Positions 1 to 11,268 are shown, numbered from the stretch's first letter. The stretch is 64,000 nucleotides of DNA from Synergistales bacterium (GCA_963666205.1 OY762654.1:2048001-2112000), one strand, 5' to 3'. Made by a program: numbers and translations. The notes: generated from the letters alone by a model not told the origin.

Positions 1-587
1 TTCTGTCCCACACCGTTAAGATTTCTTGAATTTACAGCAGCTAGAATTCCGATGGCGCAGGAAAGTCCTGCCAGAACATCTCCCATTGCAGTTCCGGTGC
101 GGGTGGGCTCTCCGCCCGGCCACCCTGTAGTGCTCATGAGTCCGCTCATAGCCTGAGCAATAATGTCATAGCCCGGCCGCATCTTATAGGGGCCGGTATG
201 TCCGAATCCTGAAATGGCGGCATAAATGATGCCAGGATTTACTTTCTTCAGATCTTCATAACCGATACCCAGTTTTTCCATTGTCCCTGGCCGGAAATTT
301 TCTGTCACGATATCCGCTTTCTTGACCATTTCCAGGAAGAGTTCCTTACCCCTTGGATCTTTAAGATTCAGGGTCATTCCTCTTTTATTCCTGTTGAGGT
401 TCATGTAGTAGGCACTTTCACCATTTTTGAAGGGGCCCATTGCCCGGGTATCATCGCCTTTGCCAGCCTGTTCGATCTTGATAACATCGGCACCCATATC
501 AGCAAGCATCATAGTACAGAAGGGACCTGCCAATACCCTTGTAAGATCCAGTACCTTAAGATTTGTTAGTGCACCCTTTAGCGCCAT
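1..587 (-). CDS. CoA-transferase family III (CaiB/BaiF), 3' part outside window
   Basis: Not in ORF track because it runs off the edge. Manual translation from ATG 587: MALKGALTNLKVLDLTRVLAGPFCTMMLADMGADVIKIEQ, the typical family III N-terminus. Confidence 0.92.
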   Translation of the reverse strand, partial: MALKGALTNLKVLDLTRVLAGPFCTMMLADMGADVIKIEQAGKGDDTRAMGPFKNGESAYYMNLNRNKRGMTLNLKDPRGKELFLEMVKKADIVTENFRPGTMEKLGIGYEDLKKVNPGIIYAAISGFGHTGPYKMRPGYDIIAQAMSGLMSTTGWPGGEPTRTGTAMGDVLAGLSCAIGILAAVNSRNLNGVGQ

Positions 588-696
588 CAATTTCCACACC
601 CTTTCATGTAATTGTTACGATGATCAATCTTCATTTAAAAGATCACCGGAAGCTCCCTAAGCATCCGGAATAGAACTATTTCACCCTGTATTTTAT

Positions 697-1392
697 TTAC
701 CCTGTTCGTGCAGATGTTGACCCCTGCTCCTTTTCAACCCTTCTTACAAAATAACTGTAATGTCTTTCTGACCGGAGTTTCTCGAGGTCCCCCTCCTCCA
801 GGCAGTCCAGGATATTGTAATGAAGTCTTACCGTTTCGGTCAGTTCTTCCAGTTTCTCCAAATGTCGGATAAGAACGAACTGCATCTGGCAGTAAACACT
901 GGAAAGTATTTTTGTTGTCCATTCTCTTCCTGAAAGTTCTGCGAGTGACATATGAAATTCCAGGTCTTTTTCACTGAAGTCTACTATTTTCGAATCCCTG
1001 TCCCTTTCGCTTTGACATATTGCCATAAGTTCGTCCAGCATGGATGCGAGACGGTCTCTTGCAGCGGGTGAAAAGAGCTTTTTTTCGATGATCCTATGGA
1101 AAATGGAGTTTTCAAGAGTTATTCGGAGTTCGTATAATTCCTCTATTTCAAGGGGAGAGAATTCCCTTATCTGGACACCCTTTCGGGGAATAGTTTTCAC
1201 AAGCCCGAAGGATTCGAGCTGCTTAAGGGCTTCTCTCACTGGAGCCCTGCTTATGTTAAGATCTTTGGCCAGCTCTCCTTCCCGAAGGAAGTCACCTTCC
1301 TTGAATTTAGTAGAAAGCATGAGCTGATGTTTCAGGTAATCGGTAACCTTGCTGGTGATGGTCTGATATTCGGGAAAGGTATTTTCTGCCAT
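697..1392 (-). CDS. GntR-family transcriptional regulator (FCD/VanR type)
   Basis: wHTH motif LREGELAKDLNISRAPVREAL; FCD motif DLEFH...H; GGAGG RBS. Confidence 0.92.
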   Translation of the reverse strand: MAENTFPEYQTITSKVTDYLKHQLMLSTKFKEGDFLREGELAKDLNISRAPVREALKQLESFGLVKTIPRKGVQIREFSPLEIEELYELRITLENSIFHRIIEKKLFSPAARDRLASMLDELMAICQSERDRDSKIVDFSEKDLEFHMSLAELSGREWTTKILSSVYCQMQFVLIRHLEKLEELTETVRLHYNILDCLEEGDLEKLRSERHYSYFVRRVEKEQGSTSARTG

Positions 1393-1427
1393 TGGAAGAC
1401 CTCCCGGGGAGTTTTAGTCGCCAGTAT

Positions 1428-1475
1428 TTAGTCGACCGTCGACCAAAATTATATATCTATATTCTTTAATGTCAA
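1428..1475 (-). promoter_or_regulatory. sigma70 promoter plus palindromic operator of the gntR gene
   Basis: Minus strand TTGACA (1475-1470), 16-nt spacer, TATAAT (1453-1448). Palindrome GTCGAC-C-GTCGAC at 1431-1443 lies directly downstream. Confidence 0.7.
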
Positions 1476-1668
1476 TGGATGGAAGAGAGAACTTTGTATC
1501 TATGAATGTACAAAAAGACGTCATTTCAGCGTAGGAGGAGATAATGTCCTGTGCCATTTCAGGGAAATAATTGACATGGCCTATCTATCAATGGGCATAC
1601 GGGTATCCTCAACTGCTGGTTTTATTTTTTTAATAAACAGGTAGAATATTATTCTTTAAGTTAACCTT

Positions 1669-2187
1669 TTGCTTTTTCTGAATGTTTCAAACATGCTTTA
1701 CGAAATATATCCATGGGGTAATACACTGGAGAAGTTCATTCTGACGGGGACAGAGATCAGGGAGACCCTTGAGATATCGGCTTCTGCTCTGAAGAGTTCG
1801 TCGGATAACTACGATCCTGCGGAGCGGACTCCTTCGGGCGGTTTTCTTCAGGTCTCAGGACTTCATGTCGTCTATGATCTTGAAAAACAACCTGCATTGA
1901 TCGATAACAATTCCAGAATACTCAGGGCAGGGAACAGGGTTGAGAGAGTCGAGGTGTTTGCTTCCGATGGGGAATGGGTACCGTTGAGTTCAGATGAGGA
2001 ATATACTGTGACCACTAACAGCTGGACTGGAAGCGGTGGAGACAAACACTATATCTTTGGAAATAAGAATGGACACGATACCCACATTAAAGACGTGCAG
2101 GGACTGGTGGAGTACATTGTTAGCGTCGAGAACGTTATGGATGTTTCCGTTGACGGAAGGATCACCCTGAAGGAGACCGGAAAGTAG
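1669..2187 (+). pseudogene. 5'-nucleotidase C-terminal domain only (truncated)
   Basis: YEIYPWGNTL...GGFLQVSGL...YTVTTNSWTGSGGD match the 5_nucleotid_C domain. The catalytic metallophosphoesterase domain and a convincing RBS/start are absent. Confidence 0.7.
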
Positions 2188-2204
2188 ACACGGTAGAAAA
2201 AAGT

Positions 2205-3347
2205 CTACCCATTATCCTTTTTCAGGATACTTCCGATCCACCAGGCGCCTATGAGAGCGGTCAGAGGAACGGTCATAAGTAATCCGGCGGTACCGGCAAG
2301 TCCTCTTACTAGTTCTGCTGATATCAGGGGATCGTTGAGGACACTCCATAAAACCGGTACATGATAGGTAATTAAAAGGGAAATGACCAGGGAACTTCCG
2401 AAATAGGCAAGTATCAGGGTGTTGATCATGCTTCCAAGGATATCCTGACCAACGCTGAGTCCAGCCTGTAAAAGTCTTAAAGTGGATATTTCAGGGTCGT
2501 AGTCGTACATTTCAGCCATGGTTGAAGTTACCGATATGGATACGTCGAGAACAGCACCTATGGCACCAATTATCACCGAGGCAAGAAGGATACCTTTCAT
2601 TGAAATGTCTGGAAGGATGCTTGCCAGCAGGGTTCCACCCTCAACTTCTATCCCCGTAAGCTGCCACAGGTATATGGAGAGCCATCCGAGCAGGGACGCC
2701 GCGGTAGCTCCGCCTACGGCTCCAAGAAAGGCTATAGGCCAGTATTGCTTTTTCTTGAGAACCAGGGCCACGGTTAGAGCAGATATTCCCGCAACGGAAC
2801 AAATAGCTACTACCAGTGGAGAATGTCCTCCAAGCATCATGGGAAGGGCCCACTTAGTGAGGACAGCCAATGAAAGCACAAGACCAAGGATGGCCCTTGT
2901 CCCGTCCACTCCGCTGAGAGCGCATATTGCCAGGGCTAAGGTTACGACGAAGGCACACACCAGGGGAAAACGGAACCTGTCACTGACCGAGAAGAAAGAG
3001 CTGCCGTCATCGAAGCGGTCAACAGTCAGAATATATTTTCTTCCCCTGACAAATTCCAGTTGACTGTTTACCAGATGCTCCACGGTTACAGGAAAGGTCT
3101 CTCCCTGGTTTTCACCGGTGAGAAAGGATACCACCAGTTTATACTGTTCTGTTTCCCATCCAGGTTCATCTGGTTCATCCTCAGCCATTTTTTCTGTTTT
3201 TTCATAGCCCTGAAGGGTTACCAGCCAGCTGTCTTCGTAATCCCATGTAGAGATGATCCAGTTTTCTGCCAGCTTTGCCGAGGTAAACCCTGCCGTAAGT
3301 AACAGGAAGAGCAGTATTAGAGCCCTTGATTTTCTATTTAGCTTCAT
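2205..3347 (-). CDS. YibE/F-family membrane protein
   Basis: IGAIGAVLDVSISV, GQDILGSMINTLILAYFG, GTAGLLMTVPLT motifs. Confidence 0.9.
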   Translation of the reverse strand: MKLNRKSRALILLFLLLTAGFTSAKLAENWIISTWDYEDSWLVTLQGYEKTEKMAEDEPDEPGWETEQYKLVVSFLTGENQGETFPVTVEHLVNSQLEFVRGRKYILTVDRFDDGSSFFSVSDRFRFPLVCAFVVTLALAICALSGVDGTRAILGLVLSLAVLTKWALPMMLGGHSPLVVAICSVAGISALTVALVLKKKQYWPIAFLGAVGGATAASLLGWLSIYLWQLTGIEVEGGTLLASILPDISMKGILLASVIIGAIGAVLDVSISVTSTMAEMYDYDPEISTLRLLQAGLSVGQDILGSMINTLILAYFGSSLVISLLITYHVPVLWSVLNDPLISAELVRGLAGTAGLLMTVPLTALIGAWWIGSILKKDNG

Positions 3348-3534
3348 AGGTGTATTACCTGCCTTTTCCGATCCTTTTCAATGATCCAGAATAAAATTCT
3401 AGCAGATGGTTCCATTTTTGTGACAAATGGTTACAATATTATATATCGAGTTAGCTGTTTAAAGTCATTCGATATTCTTGCGAAGTTTTACATTCGAGAT
3501 GTAAAGAACTATCCATACTATAGGGGGGATAATC

Positions 3535-4359
3535 TTGAAGAAAAGAATTTTATTGCAAAGATCGGGTGTTCTGGTTTGCGCAGTTATTCTGCTTACGATG
3601 ATATGGACACCTGTCCTGGCGCAGGAATATAGCGCAAAGGACCTGAACGAACAGTTGGTGATGGGTACCCTGTGGTACCAGCGCTCGGCCGAAATGAGGG
3701 CTCTTTCATACCAGGCCTTTAACATGGCGAGGCTGGTTTTCGATCTTGATCTGCAGAAGGGACCATCTTCAAAAACCAGGGCTGTGGTGGTCGATATAGA
3801 CGAAACCGTTCTTGACAATAGCCCTTACGAGGCAGGTCTGGTGGGGATGGATTACGGATACCCCAAAGGGTGGGATGAATGGATCTATGCGGCCCGGGCA
3901 GAAGCACTTCCAGGAGCAGTCGAATTTCTTCGCTATGTCCGGGAAAAGGGGGGAGATGTATATTACATCTCCAACAGAAAGGACAAATTTCACGATGCCA
4001 CCGTCAGAAACCTCAGGAAGCTTGGTTTTCCCCAGGTTGATGAGGAACACCTTCTCCTTAGAACATCTACATCTGACAAGGCCCCCAGGAGAAACAGGGT
4101 TACCTCGGATCACAACATAATCATCCTTATGGGTGATAACCTTAACGATTTTGATAATATCTTCAGTGGAAAAGCCATGGATGTCAGAATGGCAGCGGTA
4201 GATCTGATGAAAGAACACTTCGGATCGAATTTCATAGTCCTTCCTAATCCCATGTACGGTGACTGGGAAGGTGCTGCCTATAATTACAACTGGGGACTTA
4301 ATGATAAGGAAAAAAGCGACACCAGGAAGAAAGCCCTTATAACCTGGAACCTGCCATAA
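3535..4359 (+). CDS. class C acid phosphatase / 5'-nucleotidase, lipoprotein e(P4) family (HAD)
   Basis: Signal peptide; WYQRSAEMRALSYQAFN, DIDETVLDNSPY, GDNLNDF, LPNPMYGDWE motifs. Confidence 0.93.
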   Translation: MKKRILLQRSGVLVCAVILLTMIWTPVLAQEYSAKDLNEQLVMGTLWYQRSAEMRALSYQAFNMARLVFDLDLQKGPSSKTRAVVVDIDETVLDNSPYEAGLVGMDYGYPKGWDEWIYAARAEALPGAVEFLRYVREKGGDVYYISNRKDKFHDATVRNLRKLGFPQVDEEHLLLRTSTSDKAPRRNRVTSDHNIIILMGDNLNDFDNIFSGKAMDVRMAAVDLMKEHFGSNFIVLPNPMYGDWEGAAYNYNWGLNDKEKSDTRKKALITWNLP

Positions 4360-4532
4360 TGTTTTTCATAAGGGCCGAGGGAGAGTCCTTCGGCCCGGCC
4401 CTCTCCAGGTTCAATTGTCCCTTATGGATCATACAATAAGGGTGAACTTTACTTCAGTAAATGTTATGATTGATTAAGGTAGATAATCACAGAGCTGGTC
4501 TACACCTTTAGTAATGAAGGAGGTCTTTCAAG

Positions 4533-5531
4533 TTGATCAGAAAAACAGGAGTTCTGCTCTTAGCGGTAATGCTGTTAGTCTCATTTGCAGGTTCTGCATT
4601 TTCCAAAGATATAAAGGCGGCCATGGTAACGGATGTCGGGGGCATAAACGACCAGTCATTCAACCAGTCAGCCTGGGCCGGGATGGAGAGAGCCAGGGAT
4701 GAACTGGGAATTGAAGTGGTCTACATGGAGTCAAACCAGGAAGCGGATTATGCTCCAAACCTGGAGACCCTTTATGACCAGGAAAATGACCTGATCTGGG
4801 GAATAGGTTTCATGATGGGGGATAAGGTCCGGGAAGCAGCAGAGATCAATCCTGAACAGAAGTATGCCTGTATAGACATGTTCTATCAGGATCCTCCGGA
4901 GAACCTTGTCGGGGTTAACTTCAAGGAACAGGAATGTTCCTTCCTTGTGGGATATATTGCAGGGAAGATGACGAAGGTTAACAAGGTTGGTTTTGTGGGT
5001 GGAATGGATTTTGATGTTATCCATCGCTTCCACTACGGTTTCATGGCAGGAGTAAAAACAGCCAACCCGGAGTGTGAAGTCCTTGTCCAGTATGCCGGAG
5101 CCTTTGATGATGTCACCAAAGGGAAATCCATTGCTAACCAGATGTATCAGAAAGGAGCAGATATCGTTTTCCATGCAGCCGGATTTACCGGAACCGGCGT
5201 CATTGAAGCTGCAAAGGAAAATAAAAGATATGCCATTGGAGTGGATATGGATCAGAATTTCCTGGCTCCAGACAATGTAATAACCTCTGCTGTCAAAAGA
5301 GTCGATAATGGTATTTTTAACGTGACCAGAGATCTTAAGGAAGGCAGATTTGCCGGCGGGGGAAACGTGGTTTACGGTCTTGCTGAGGGTGGGGTAGATA
5401 TTGCTCCTACCTCTGACAAACATGTTCCAAAGGCTATCCTGGATGAAGTGGCCCTTCTGAAGAAGAATGTAATTTCCGGAAAGGTAAAGGTTCCCGCGAA
5501 CAAGGCTGAGTATGAGGAGCTTTTTAAGTAG
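4533..5531 (+). CDS. BMP-family nucleoside ABC transporter substrate-binding protein
   Basis: Signal peptide; TDVGGINDQSFNQSAW, AIGVDMDQ, TSAVKRVD motifs. Confidence 0.93.
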   Translation: MIRKTGVLLLAVMLLVSFAGSAFSKDIKAAMVTDVGGINDQSFNQSAWAGMERARDELGIEVVYMESNQEADYAPNLETLYDQENDLIWGIGFMMGDKVREAAEINPEQKYACIDMFYQDPPENLVGVNFKEQECSFLVGYIAGKMTKVNKVGFVGGMDFDVIHRFHYGFMAGVKTANPECEVLVQYAGAFDDVTKGKSIANQMYQKGADIVFHAAGFTGTGVIEAAKENKRYAIGVDMDQNFLAPDNVITSAVKRVDNGIFNVTRDLKEGRFAGGGNVVYGLAEGGVDIAPTSDKHVPKAILDEVALLKKNVISGKVKVPANKAEYEELFK

Positions 5532-5551
5532 AAAATAGCAGGTAATAGCAG

Positions 5552-5588
5552 GAGGGACAGTTCATCTTTAACAGAGCTGTCCCTCTTT
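5552..5588 (+). terminator. intra-operon stem-loop after the binding-protein gene
   Basis: GAGGGACAGTTC (5552-5563) / GAGCTGTCCCTC (5574-5585) followed by TTT. Confidence 0.6.
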
Positions 5589-5613
5589 ACATTTCCATAG
5601 TGGGGGTACTCCA

Positions 5614-7152
5614 TTGGCGGATGTTGATTTTCCTGATATAACCGTTGAAATGCGTGCCATTGTCAAGAAGTTTGGAAACCTTGTGGCCAATGACCATATA
5701 GATCTTACTGTACATAAAGGCGAGGTTCATGCCCTTCTTGGAGAAAATGGTGCCGGCAAGACAACTCTGATGAACGTTCTTTATGGACTATATCAGCCTA
5801 ACAGCGGAGAGATCTTTATCAAAGGCGATAAGGTAGAGGTCGCAAATCCGAATATAGCCATTTCTCGTGGAATAGGTATGGTCCATCAGCATTTCATGCT
5901 TATCCCTCCCTTTACTGTGACTCAGAACATCATACTCGGAAAGGAAACTTCGGGTCCCTTCGGTATTCTTGATATTCAGAAAGCAGCAGAGGAAGTAAGG
6001 GCCATTTCGGAACAATATGACCTGTATGTAGATCCCTGCCAGAAGATCGAGGATATTTCAGTAGGGATGCAGCAGAGAGTGGAGATCCTCAAAGCCCTTT
6101 ACAGGAATGCAGATATCCTTATTCTCGATGAGCCTACCGCAGTTCTGACCCCCCAGGAAATAAGGGAGCTCATCAAGATCATTCGCAATCTCACATGCCA
6201 GGGAAAAACTGTTATCCTTATTACCCATAAACTCAGAGAGATCAAACAGGCCGCCGATTACTGTACCATTATCAGGCGGGGGAAAAGGGTCGATACGGTG
6301 GAGGTTGAGAAGACCACGGAGCAGGAACTCGCTTCCATGATGGTGGGCCGTTCTGTGAGCTTCTCTGTAAAAAAAGAAGCCCGTATCCCCGGAGAAGCTA
6401 TCCTGCAGGTAAAAGATCTTGTGGTAAGGGATAACAGGAACCTTAAGGCTGTTGACGGACTTTCCCTGGAGGTTAGAAAGGGTGAGATACTTGGACTGGC
6501 AGGGGTGGACGGTAATGGCCAGACAGAACTGGTGGAAGCTCTCATAGGACTGCGCAGAGTGGAATCAGGTGGTATCTTTGTCCATAAAAGAGATGTCACT
6601 AACATGGATCCAAGAAAAATAATCGACAGTAAAGTATGCACTATCCCCGAAGATAGACAGAAAAGGGGTTTGGTGAGTGATTTTACAGTGGAGGAGAATA
6701 TTATCCTCGAAAACTTTGACAGAAAACCCTTCTCAAGCGGAGGGGTTCTTAATTTTCAGGCTATAAGGGATTATGCCGGGAAATTGATAGATACATTCCA
6801 GATAAGTCCCCCTGATGGAACTGTCAGGGCCGGGACCCTTTCAGGAGGTAACCAGCAGAAAGTAATAATAGCCAGGGAAGTGTCAAATGATCCGGACCTT
6901 CTCATAGCATCCCAGCCGACCCGTGGTCTTGATGTCGGTGCCATAGAGTATGTTCACAGTTCTCTGGTGGCCCAGAGGGATAAAGATAAGGCCGTTCTGC
7001 TTATATCGCTGGAACTGGATGAAATAATGGACCTTTCAGACAGGATAGCTGTTATCTATGAAGGGAAGATCGTTGGGATCGTAGATGGACTGGACGCGGA
7101 TGAGAATACCCTTGGTCTTATGATGGCAGGCGGAGGTCAGGAGAATGGGTAA
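5614..7152 (+). CDS. nucleoside ABC transporter ATP-binding protein (two NBDs, NupA/YufO type)
   Basis: GENGAGKT Walker A; GMVHQHF; LSGGNQQK; QPTRGLDVGA. Confidence 0.95.
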   Translation: MADVDFPDITVEMRAIVKKFGNLVANDHIDLTVHKGEVHALLGENGAGKTTLMNVLYGLYQPNSGEIFIKGDKVEVANPNIAISRGIGMVHQHFMLIPPFTVTQNIILGKETSGPFGILDIQKAAEEVRAISEQYDLYVDPCQKIEDISVGMQQRVEILKALYRNADILILDEPTAVLTPQEIRELIKIIRNLTCQGKTVILITHKLREIKQAADYCTIIRRGKRVDTVEVEKTTEQELASMMVGRSVSFSVKKEARIPGEAILQVKDLVVRDNRNLKAVDGLSLEVRKGEILGLAGVDGNGQTELVEALIGLRRVESGGIFVHKRDVTNMDPRKIIDSKVCTIPEDRQKRGLVSDFTVEENIILENFDRKPFSSGGVLNFQAIRDYAGKLIDTFQISPPDGTVRAGTLSGGNQQKVIIAREVSNDPDLLIASQPTRGLDVGAIEYVHSSLVAQRDKDKAVLLISLELDEIMDLSDRIAVIYEGKIVGIVDGLDADENTLGLMMAGGGQENG

Positions 7153-8269
7153 ATTCATAAAACGACTGTTCAGCGGAACCATAGGGGTTACCATCTTTTC
7201 CATAGTAATAGCCTTTATTATGGGTGGTGTCATCCTTCTTCTTGCAGGATACAATCCTGTTCAGGTTTACATGGTAATGATAGAGGGTGTTTTCGGAAAG
7301 CCCAAAAATATGGCCTGGTCGGTCATAAAGGCCACACCCCTTATCATCACGGGACTTTCGGTAGCCTTTGCCTTTCGAACGGGGTTATTCAATATCGGTG
7401 CTGAGGGTCAGTTCATTGTGGGTTCTACTGTAGCCGCGCTTTTTGGATATTACCTTAATCTGCCGCCCATTATTCACATACCCCTTGTCTTCGTAGCTGG
7501 TACTCTTGCGGGTGGATGCTGGGGTTCCATAGCCGGTTACCTGAAGGCCCGGTTCGGGATACATGAAGTTATTTCCACAATAATGCTTAACTGGATAGCC
7601 CTTTACGGGCACAACTATGTTGTAGGGATGCCCGGTTTTGCACGAAGGACGAATATTTCCTGTGATATCCAGGATTCAGCGTGTATAACACTTTTTAAAA
7701 ACTGGAAGTTTTCCGAAGCTGGAAGGACCTGGTTCGGAGCACATCCGATTCTGAGGGATATCTTCAAGACTCCTCTTAATTCAGGTTTCCTGGTGGCAGT
7801 CCTTCTCGTTATCCTTGTCTGGTATATCCTTAACAGGACTACCCTGGGATATCGGTTGAGGGCAGTAGGTTTCAATAAGGATGCGGCAGAGTTCGGCGGT
7901 ATAAATGTAAAAAAGAGCATAGTACTTTCCATGTTCATTGCTGGAATGCTCGGAGGTGCAGCTGGTGCTCTCCAGGTAATGGGAGTGGCCAGAAATATTT
8001 CGACCCTTGCGGCAATGGAGGGATACGGATTCGACGGCATAGCCATTGCACTAATCGGCAACAATTCAGCCTTCGGATGTCTTTTTGCCGGACTGCTCTT
8101 CGGAGCTCTTAAATTCGGAGGGGCCAGGATCCAGTCTCCCCCTGTCAGGGCTCCCATGGAAATAATCAACATAATGATAGGAACAATTGTATTTTTTATT
8201 GCCATTCCAAGGCTCATAAGAATGATCATAATATGGAGGGACAGGAGGAAAGGTGATGGCGATGCTTAA
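7145..8269 (+). CDS. nucleoside ABC transporter permease
   Basis: FRTGLFNIGAEGQ, EVISTIMLN, GFDGIAIAL motifs. Confidence 0.93.
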   Translation: MGKFIKRLFSGTIGVTIFSIVIAFIMGGVILLLAGYNPVQVYMVMIEGVFGKPKNMAWSVIKATPLIITGLSVAFAFRTGLFNIGAEGQFIVGSTVAALFGYYLNLPPIIHIPLVFVAGTLAGGCWGSIAGYLKARFGIHEVISTIMLNWIALYGHNYVVGMPGFARRTNISCDIQDSACITLFKNWKFSEAGRTWFGAHPILRDIFKTPLNSGFLVAVLLVILVWYILNRTTLGYRLRAVGFNKDAAEFGGINVKKSIVLSMFIAGMLGGAAGALQVMGVARNISTLAAMEGYGFDGIAIALIGNNSAFGCLFAGLLFGALKFGGARIQSPPVRAPMEIINIMIGTIVFFIAIPRLIRMIIIWRDRRKGDGDA

Positions 8270-9194
8270 TTCCCTCGGTTTTATCCTTGGGACCACCCTT
8301 ATGTATGCTACACCCCTCCTTTTTACTTCACTTGGCGGGGTTATGTCGGAAAATTCCGGTGTCGTGAACATAGGCCTTGAAGGGATGATGACCTTCGGTG
8401 CTTTTGCTGGGGCGACAGTAGGCTATTATTCCGGGAATCCCTGGCTGGGATTCCTGGCGGGCGGTTTTGCCTCCGGGTTCCTGGGATTCCTCCATGCCCT
8501 GGCATGTGTTACCTTTGCAGCAAACCAGGTGGTTTCGGGGATAGCCATAAATTTCCTTGGTCCGGGTCTGGCCCTTTTCCTGAGCCGCAAATTCTTTGAT
8601 GGGGCTACCATGACCTATAACCTTCCCATAGAGATGAAGATGCCGAAGTATTTCAATAACATGCTTCCTGAGGGGACATTTGCAAGGCAGGTCCTTAACC
8701 AGGATATTTCAGTATTTATGGCCTTTGCCCTCGTTCTCCTTATCTGGTTCGTCCTCTACAGGACCAAGCTGGGGCTGCGTATAAGAGCAGTGGGAGAACA
8801 CCCGAAGGCGGCAGATACGCTGGGAGTTAATGTTTCCAGGATCCGATATCTCTGTGTTATTCTCTCTGGAGTCTTTGCAGGTTTTGGGGGAGCTTCCATG
8901 AGTCTGGCGGTGGCTTCCAATTTTTTCCAGACTCTAATATCAGGTCAGGGTTTTATTGCCCTGGCAGCTATGATCTTCGGGAAATGGAAGCCCCATGGTG
9001 CAATGGTTGCCTGCCTTATTTTCGGCTGTGCCCAGGCTATGACAATATTTATCGGTGGAACAGGTCTCAGGATCCCGCAGGAGTTCCTTTCCATGGCTCC
9101 CTATATTCTAACCCTGGTTATTCTTATGGGATTCGTTGGAAGAGCTGTCGCACCTGCTTCAGACGGTATTCCCTATATCAAGGATGAAAGCTGA
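8253..9194 (+). CDS. nucleoside ABC transporter permease
   Basis: [39 protein letters not shown] motifs. Confidence 0.93.
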   Translation: MMAMLNSLGFILGTTLMYATPLLFTSLGGVMSENSGVVNIGLEGMMTFGAFAGATVGYYSGNPWLGFLAGGFASGFLGFLHALACVTFAANQVVSGIAINFLGPGLALFLSRKFFDGATMTYNLPIEMKMPKYFNNMLPEGTFARQVLNQDISVFMAFALVLLIWFVLYRTKLGLRIRAVGEHPKAADTLGVNVSRIRYLCVILSGVFAGFGGASMSLAVASNFFQTLISGQGFIALAAMIFGKWKPHGAMVACLIFGCAQAMTIFIGGTGLRIPQEFLSMAPYILTLVILMGFVGRAVAPASDGIPYIKDES

Positions 9195-9205
9195 GGTTTC
9201 CGGTT

Positions 9206-10534
9206 ATGAGAATGTATGACGTCATAATGAAAAAAAGAGAGGGTGGAGAACTCTCCACAGAGGAAATAAATTTCTTTATACAGGGTTATACAAAGGGAGA
9301 TATACCGGATTACCAGGTCTCTGCCCTTATGATGGCCATTTACTTCAGGGGGATGAATAAAAGGGAAACAGCTGACCTCACCATGGCTATGGTAAACAGC
9401 GGCCAGGTTATGAAGCTTGCCTCTATAGAAGGGAAAAAGGTTGATAAACACAGTACTGGAGGGGTAGGGGACAAGACATCCCTCGTCCTGACAGCAATGG
9501 TGGCCGCAGCAGGAGTTCCGGTGGCAAAAATGTCCGGCCGCGGTCTTGGCCATACGGGAGGCACAATAGATAAGCTTGAATCTTTCCCCGGTTTCACTGT
9601 GACCATGACTCCAGAAAAATTTCTTGATAATGTGAGGGAACATGGAATAGCGATCGGTGGACAGACCTCCGATCTTGCTCCGGCGGATAAAAAACTTTAT
9701 GCACTCAGGGATGTTACCGCAACAGTAGATAATCTTTCCTTAATAGCCAGCAGCATAATGAGCAAAAAGATAGCAGGAGGAGCCGATGCAATTGTCCTTG
9801 ACGTCAAGACAGGAAGCGGAGCCTTTATGAAGGAGCTGGATAGCTCCTTTGCCCTTGCCCGTGAGATGGTTGATATAGGTTGTAACGTGGGTAGGGATAC
9901 CGTGGCTGTGGTGACAGATATGGATCAGCCCCTGGGTTTCGCGGTTGGCAATATCCTTGAAGTCAGGGAAGCCATTGAGACGCTGCATGGCAATGGTCCC
10001 TCTGATCTTACCCGGCTTTGTATGACCCTGGGTTCGCACATGCTGGTTCTCGGAGGACTTGCTTCGAAGACAGATGAAGCATGGTCTGTACTGGAGGAGA
10101 TAATATCTTCAGGAAAGGGGCTTGCCAAACTCAAAGAATTTGTAAAGGCCCAGGGAGGAGATCCAGCTCCGGTGGATGATCCTTCCCTTTTCCCTGGTGC
10201 CCGTTTAATAAACGATCTTACAGCAGTAAAGTCAGGTTACGTTAAACGGTTAAGGGCAGATCTCATAGGAAAAGCTTCCCTGATCCTCGGAGCTGGAAGA
10301 GAAACAAAGGAGAGTACCATAGATCTCATGGTTGGTATGGTCCTGCACAAAAAGATCGGAGATCATGTAACGAAAAATGAATCTCTTGCAACAGTCTATG
10401 CCAATGATGAAAAAAGAATGAAAGAAGCTTTACCCATTATCCGGGAGGCATTTTGTATTGTTCCGGAAAAGGTAGAGCCTGATATCCTGATCAAGGGAAC
10501 AGTACATAAGAATTCGGAAGAAAGATTCCAGTAA
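9206..10534 (+). CDS. pdp: pyrimidine-nucleoside phosphorylase
   Basis: [41 protein letters not shown] motifs. Confidence 0.96.
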   Translation: MRMYDVIMKKREGGELSTEEINFFIQGYTKGDIPDYQVSALMMAIYFRGMNKRETADLTMAMVNSGQVMKLASIEGKKVDKHSTGGVGDKTSLVLTAMVAAAGVPVAKMSGRGLGHTGGTIDKLESFPGFTVTMTPEKFLDNVREHGIAIGGQTSDLAPADKKLYALRDVTATVDNLSLIASSIMSKKIAGGADAIVLDVKTGSGAFMKELDSSFALAREMVDIGCNVGRDTVAVVTDMDQPLGFAVGNILEVREAIETLHGNGPSDLTRLCMTLGSHMLVLGGLASKTDEAWSVLEEIISSGKGLAKLKEFVKAQGGDPAPVDDPSLFPGARLINDLTAVKSGYVKRLRADLIGKASLILGAGRETKESTIDLMVGMVLHKKIGDHVTKNESLATVYANDEKRMKEALPIIREAFCIVPEKVEPDILIKGTVHKNSEERFQ

Positions 10535-10550
10535 AAGGAGCAGATAAGCC

Positions 10551-11204
10551 ATGGATATCAATCAGTATATCGATCATACTCTTCTCAAGGCGGATGCAAC
10601 TGAGGAGCAGGTAAAGAAACTCTGCCAGGAGGCCAGGGAATACAAATTTGCTTCGGTATGTGTCAACCCCTGCCATACGGAGCTGGTCAAGGAAGAGCTC
10701 AAGGGTTCTGATGTCAGAACATGTATTGTAGTCGGATTTCCCCTGGGTGCCAATATGCCGGAAGTCAAGGCTTTTGAAGCCATGAAAGCTGTAGAGAAGG
10801 GCGCATCCGAGATCGATATGGTAATGAATATAGGTGCTCTCAAGGAAGGAGATCTCAGCCTTGTCAGGAGGGACGTAAGATCACTGGTTCAGACAGTTGG
10901 CGAGTGGGCTACCGTCAAAGTGATCATAGAATGCTGTCTTCTGACCGATGATGAAAAGAAAAAAGCGTGTGAGATAGCTGTGGAATCAGGGGCTCATTAT
11001 GTGAAGACATCCACGGGGTTCAGTTCCGGCGGTGCTACAGTGGAAGATGTAAGGCTTATGAAAGAAACCGTTGGAGATAAAGCAAAGATAAAGGCTGCCG
11101 GAGGAATTCGGACCCTCGGTCAGGTTCTTGCCATGATAGAAGCAGGTGCGGACAGGATAGGAGCGAGTGCCGGAGTTTCAATTATGAAAGAATTCAGCCG
11201 GTAG
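10551..11204 (+). CDS. deoC: deoxyribose-phosphate aldolase
   Basis: IDHTLLK, VGFPLG, EIDMV, VKTSTGF, KAAGGIR motifs. Confidence 0.96.
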   Translation: MDINQYIDHTLLKADATEEQVKKLCQEAREYKFASVCVNPCHTELVKEELKGSDVRTCIVVGFPLGANMPEVKAFEAMKAVEKGASEIDMVMNIGALKEGDLSLVRRDVRSLVQTVGEWATVKVIIECCLLTDDEKKKACEIAVESGAHYVKTSTGFSSGGATVEDVRLMKETVGDKAKIKAAGGIRTLGQVLAMIEAGADRIGASAGVSIMKEFSR

Positions 11205-11236
11205 TTCCTGCATAAGCCTTTGCTAAGGGTAACGCA

Positions 11237-11268
11237 CAAAGATCGGGAAGCTTGCTTCCCGATCTTTG
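11237..11268. terminator. stem-loop after deoC
   Basis: Perfect inverted repeat CAAAGATCGGGAAGC / GCTTCCCGATCTTTG. Confidence 0.7.

Noticed and set aside
4731-5423. 230-aa minus-strand ORF
   Set aside because: Antisense shadow of the BMP lipoprotein gene; no motifs.
6144-6152. TCTGACCCC match to the repeat core
   Set aside because: Lies inside conserved ABC ATPase codons (VLTP); only 9 bp, chance match.
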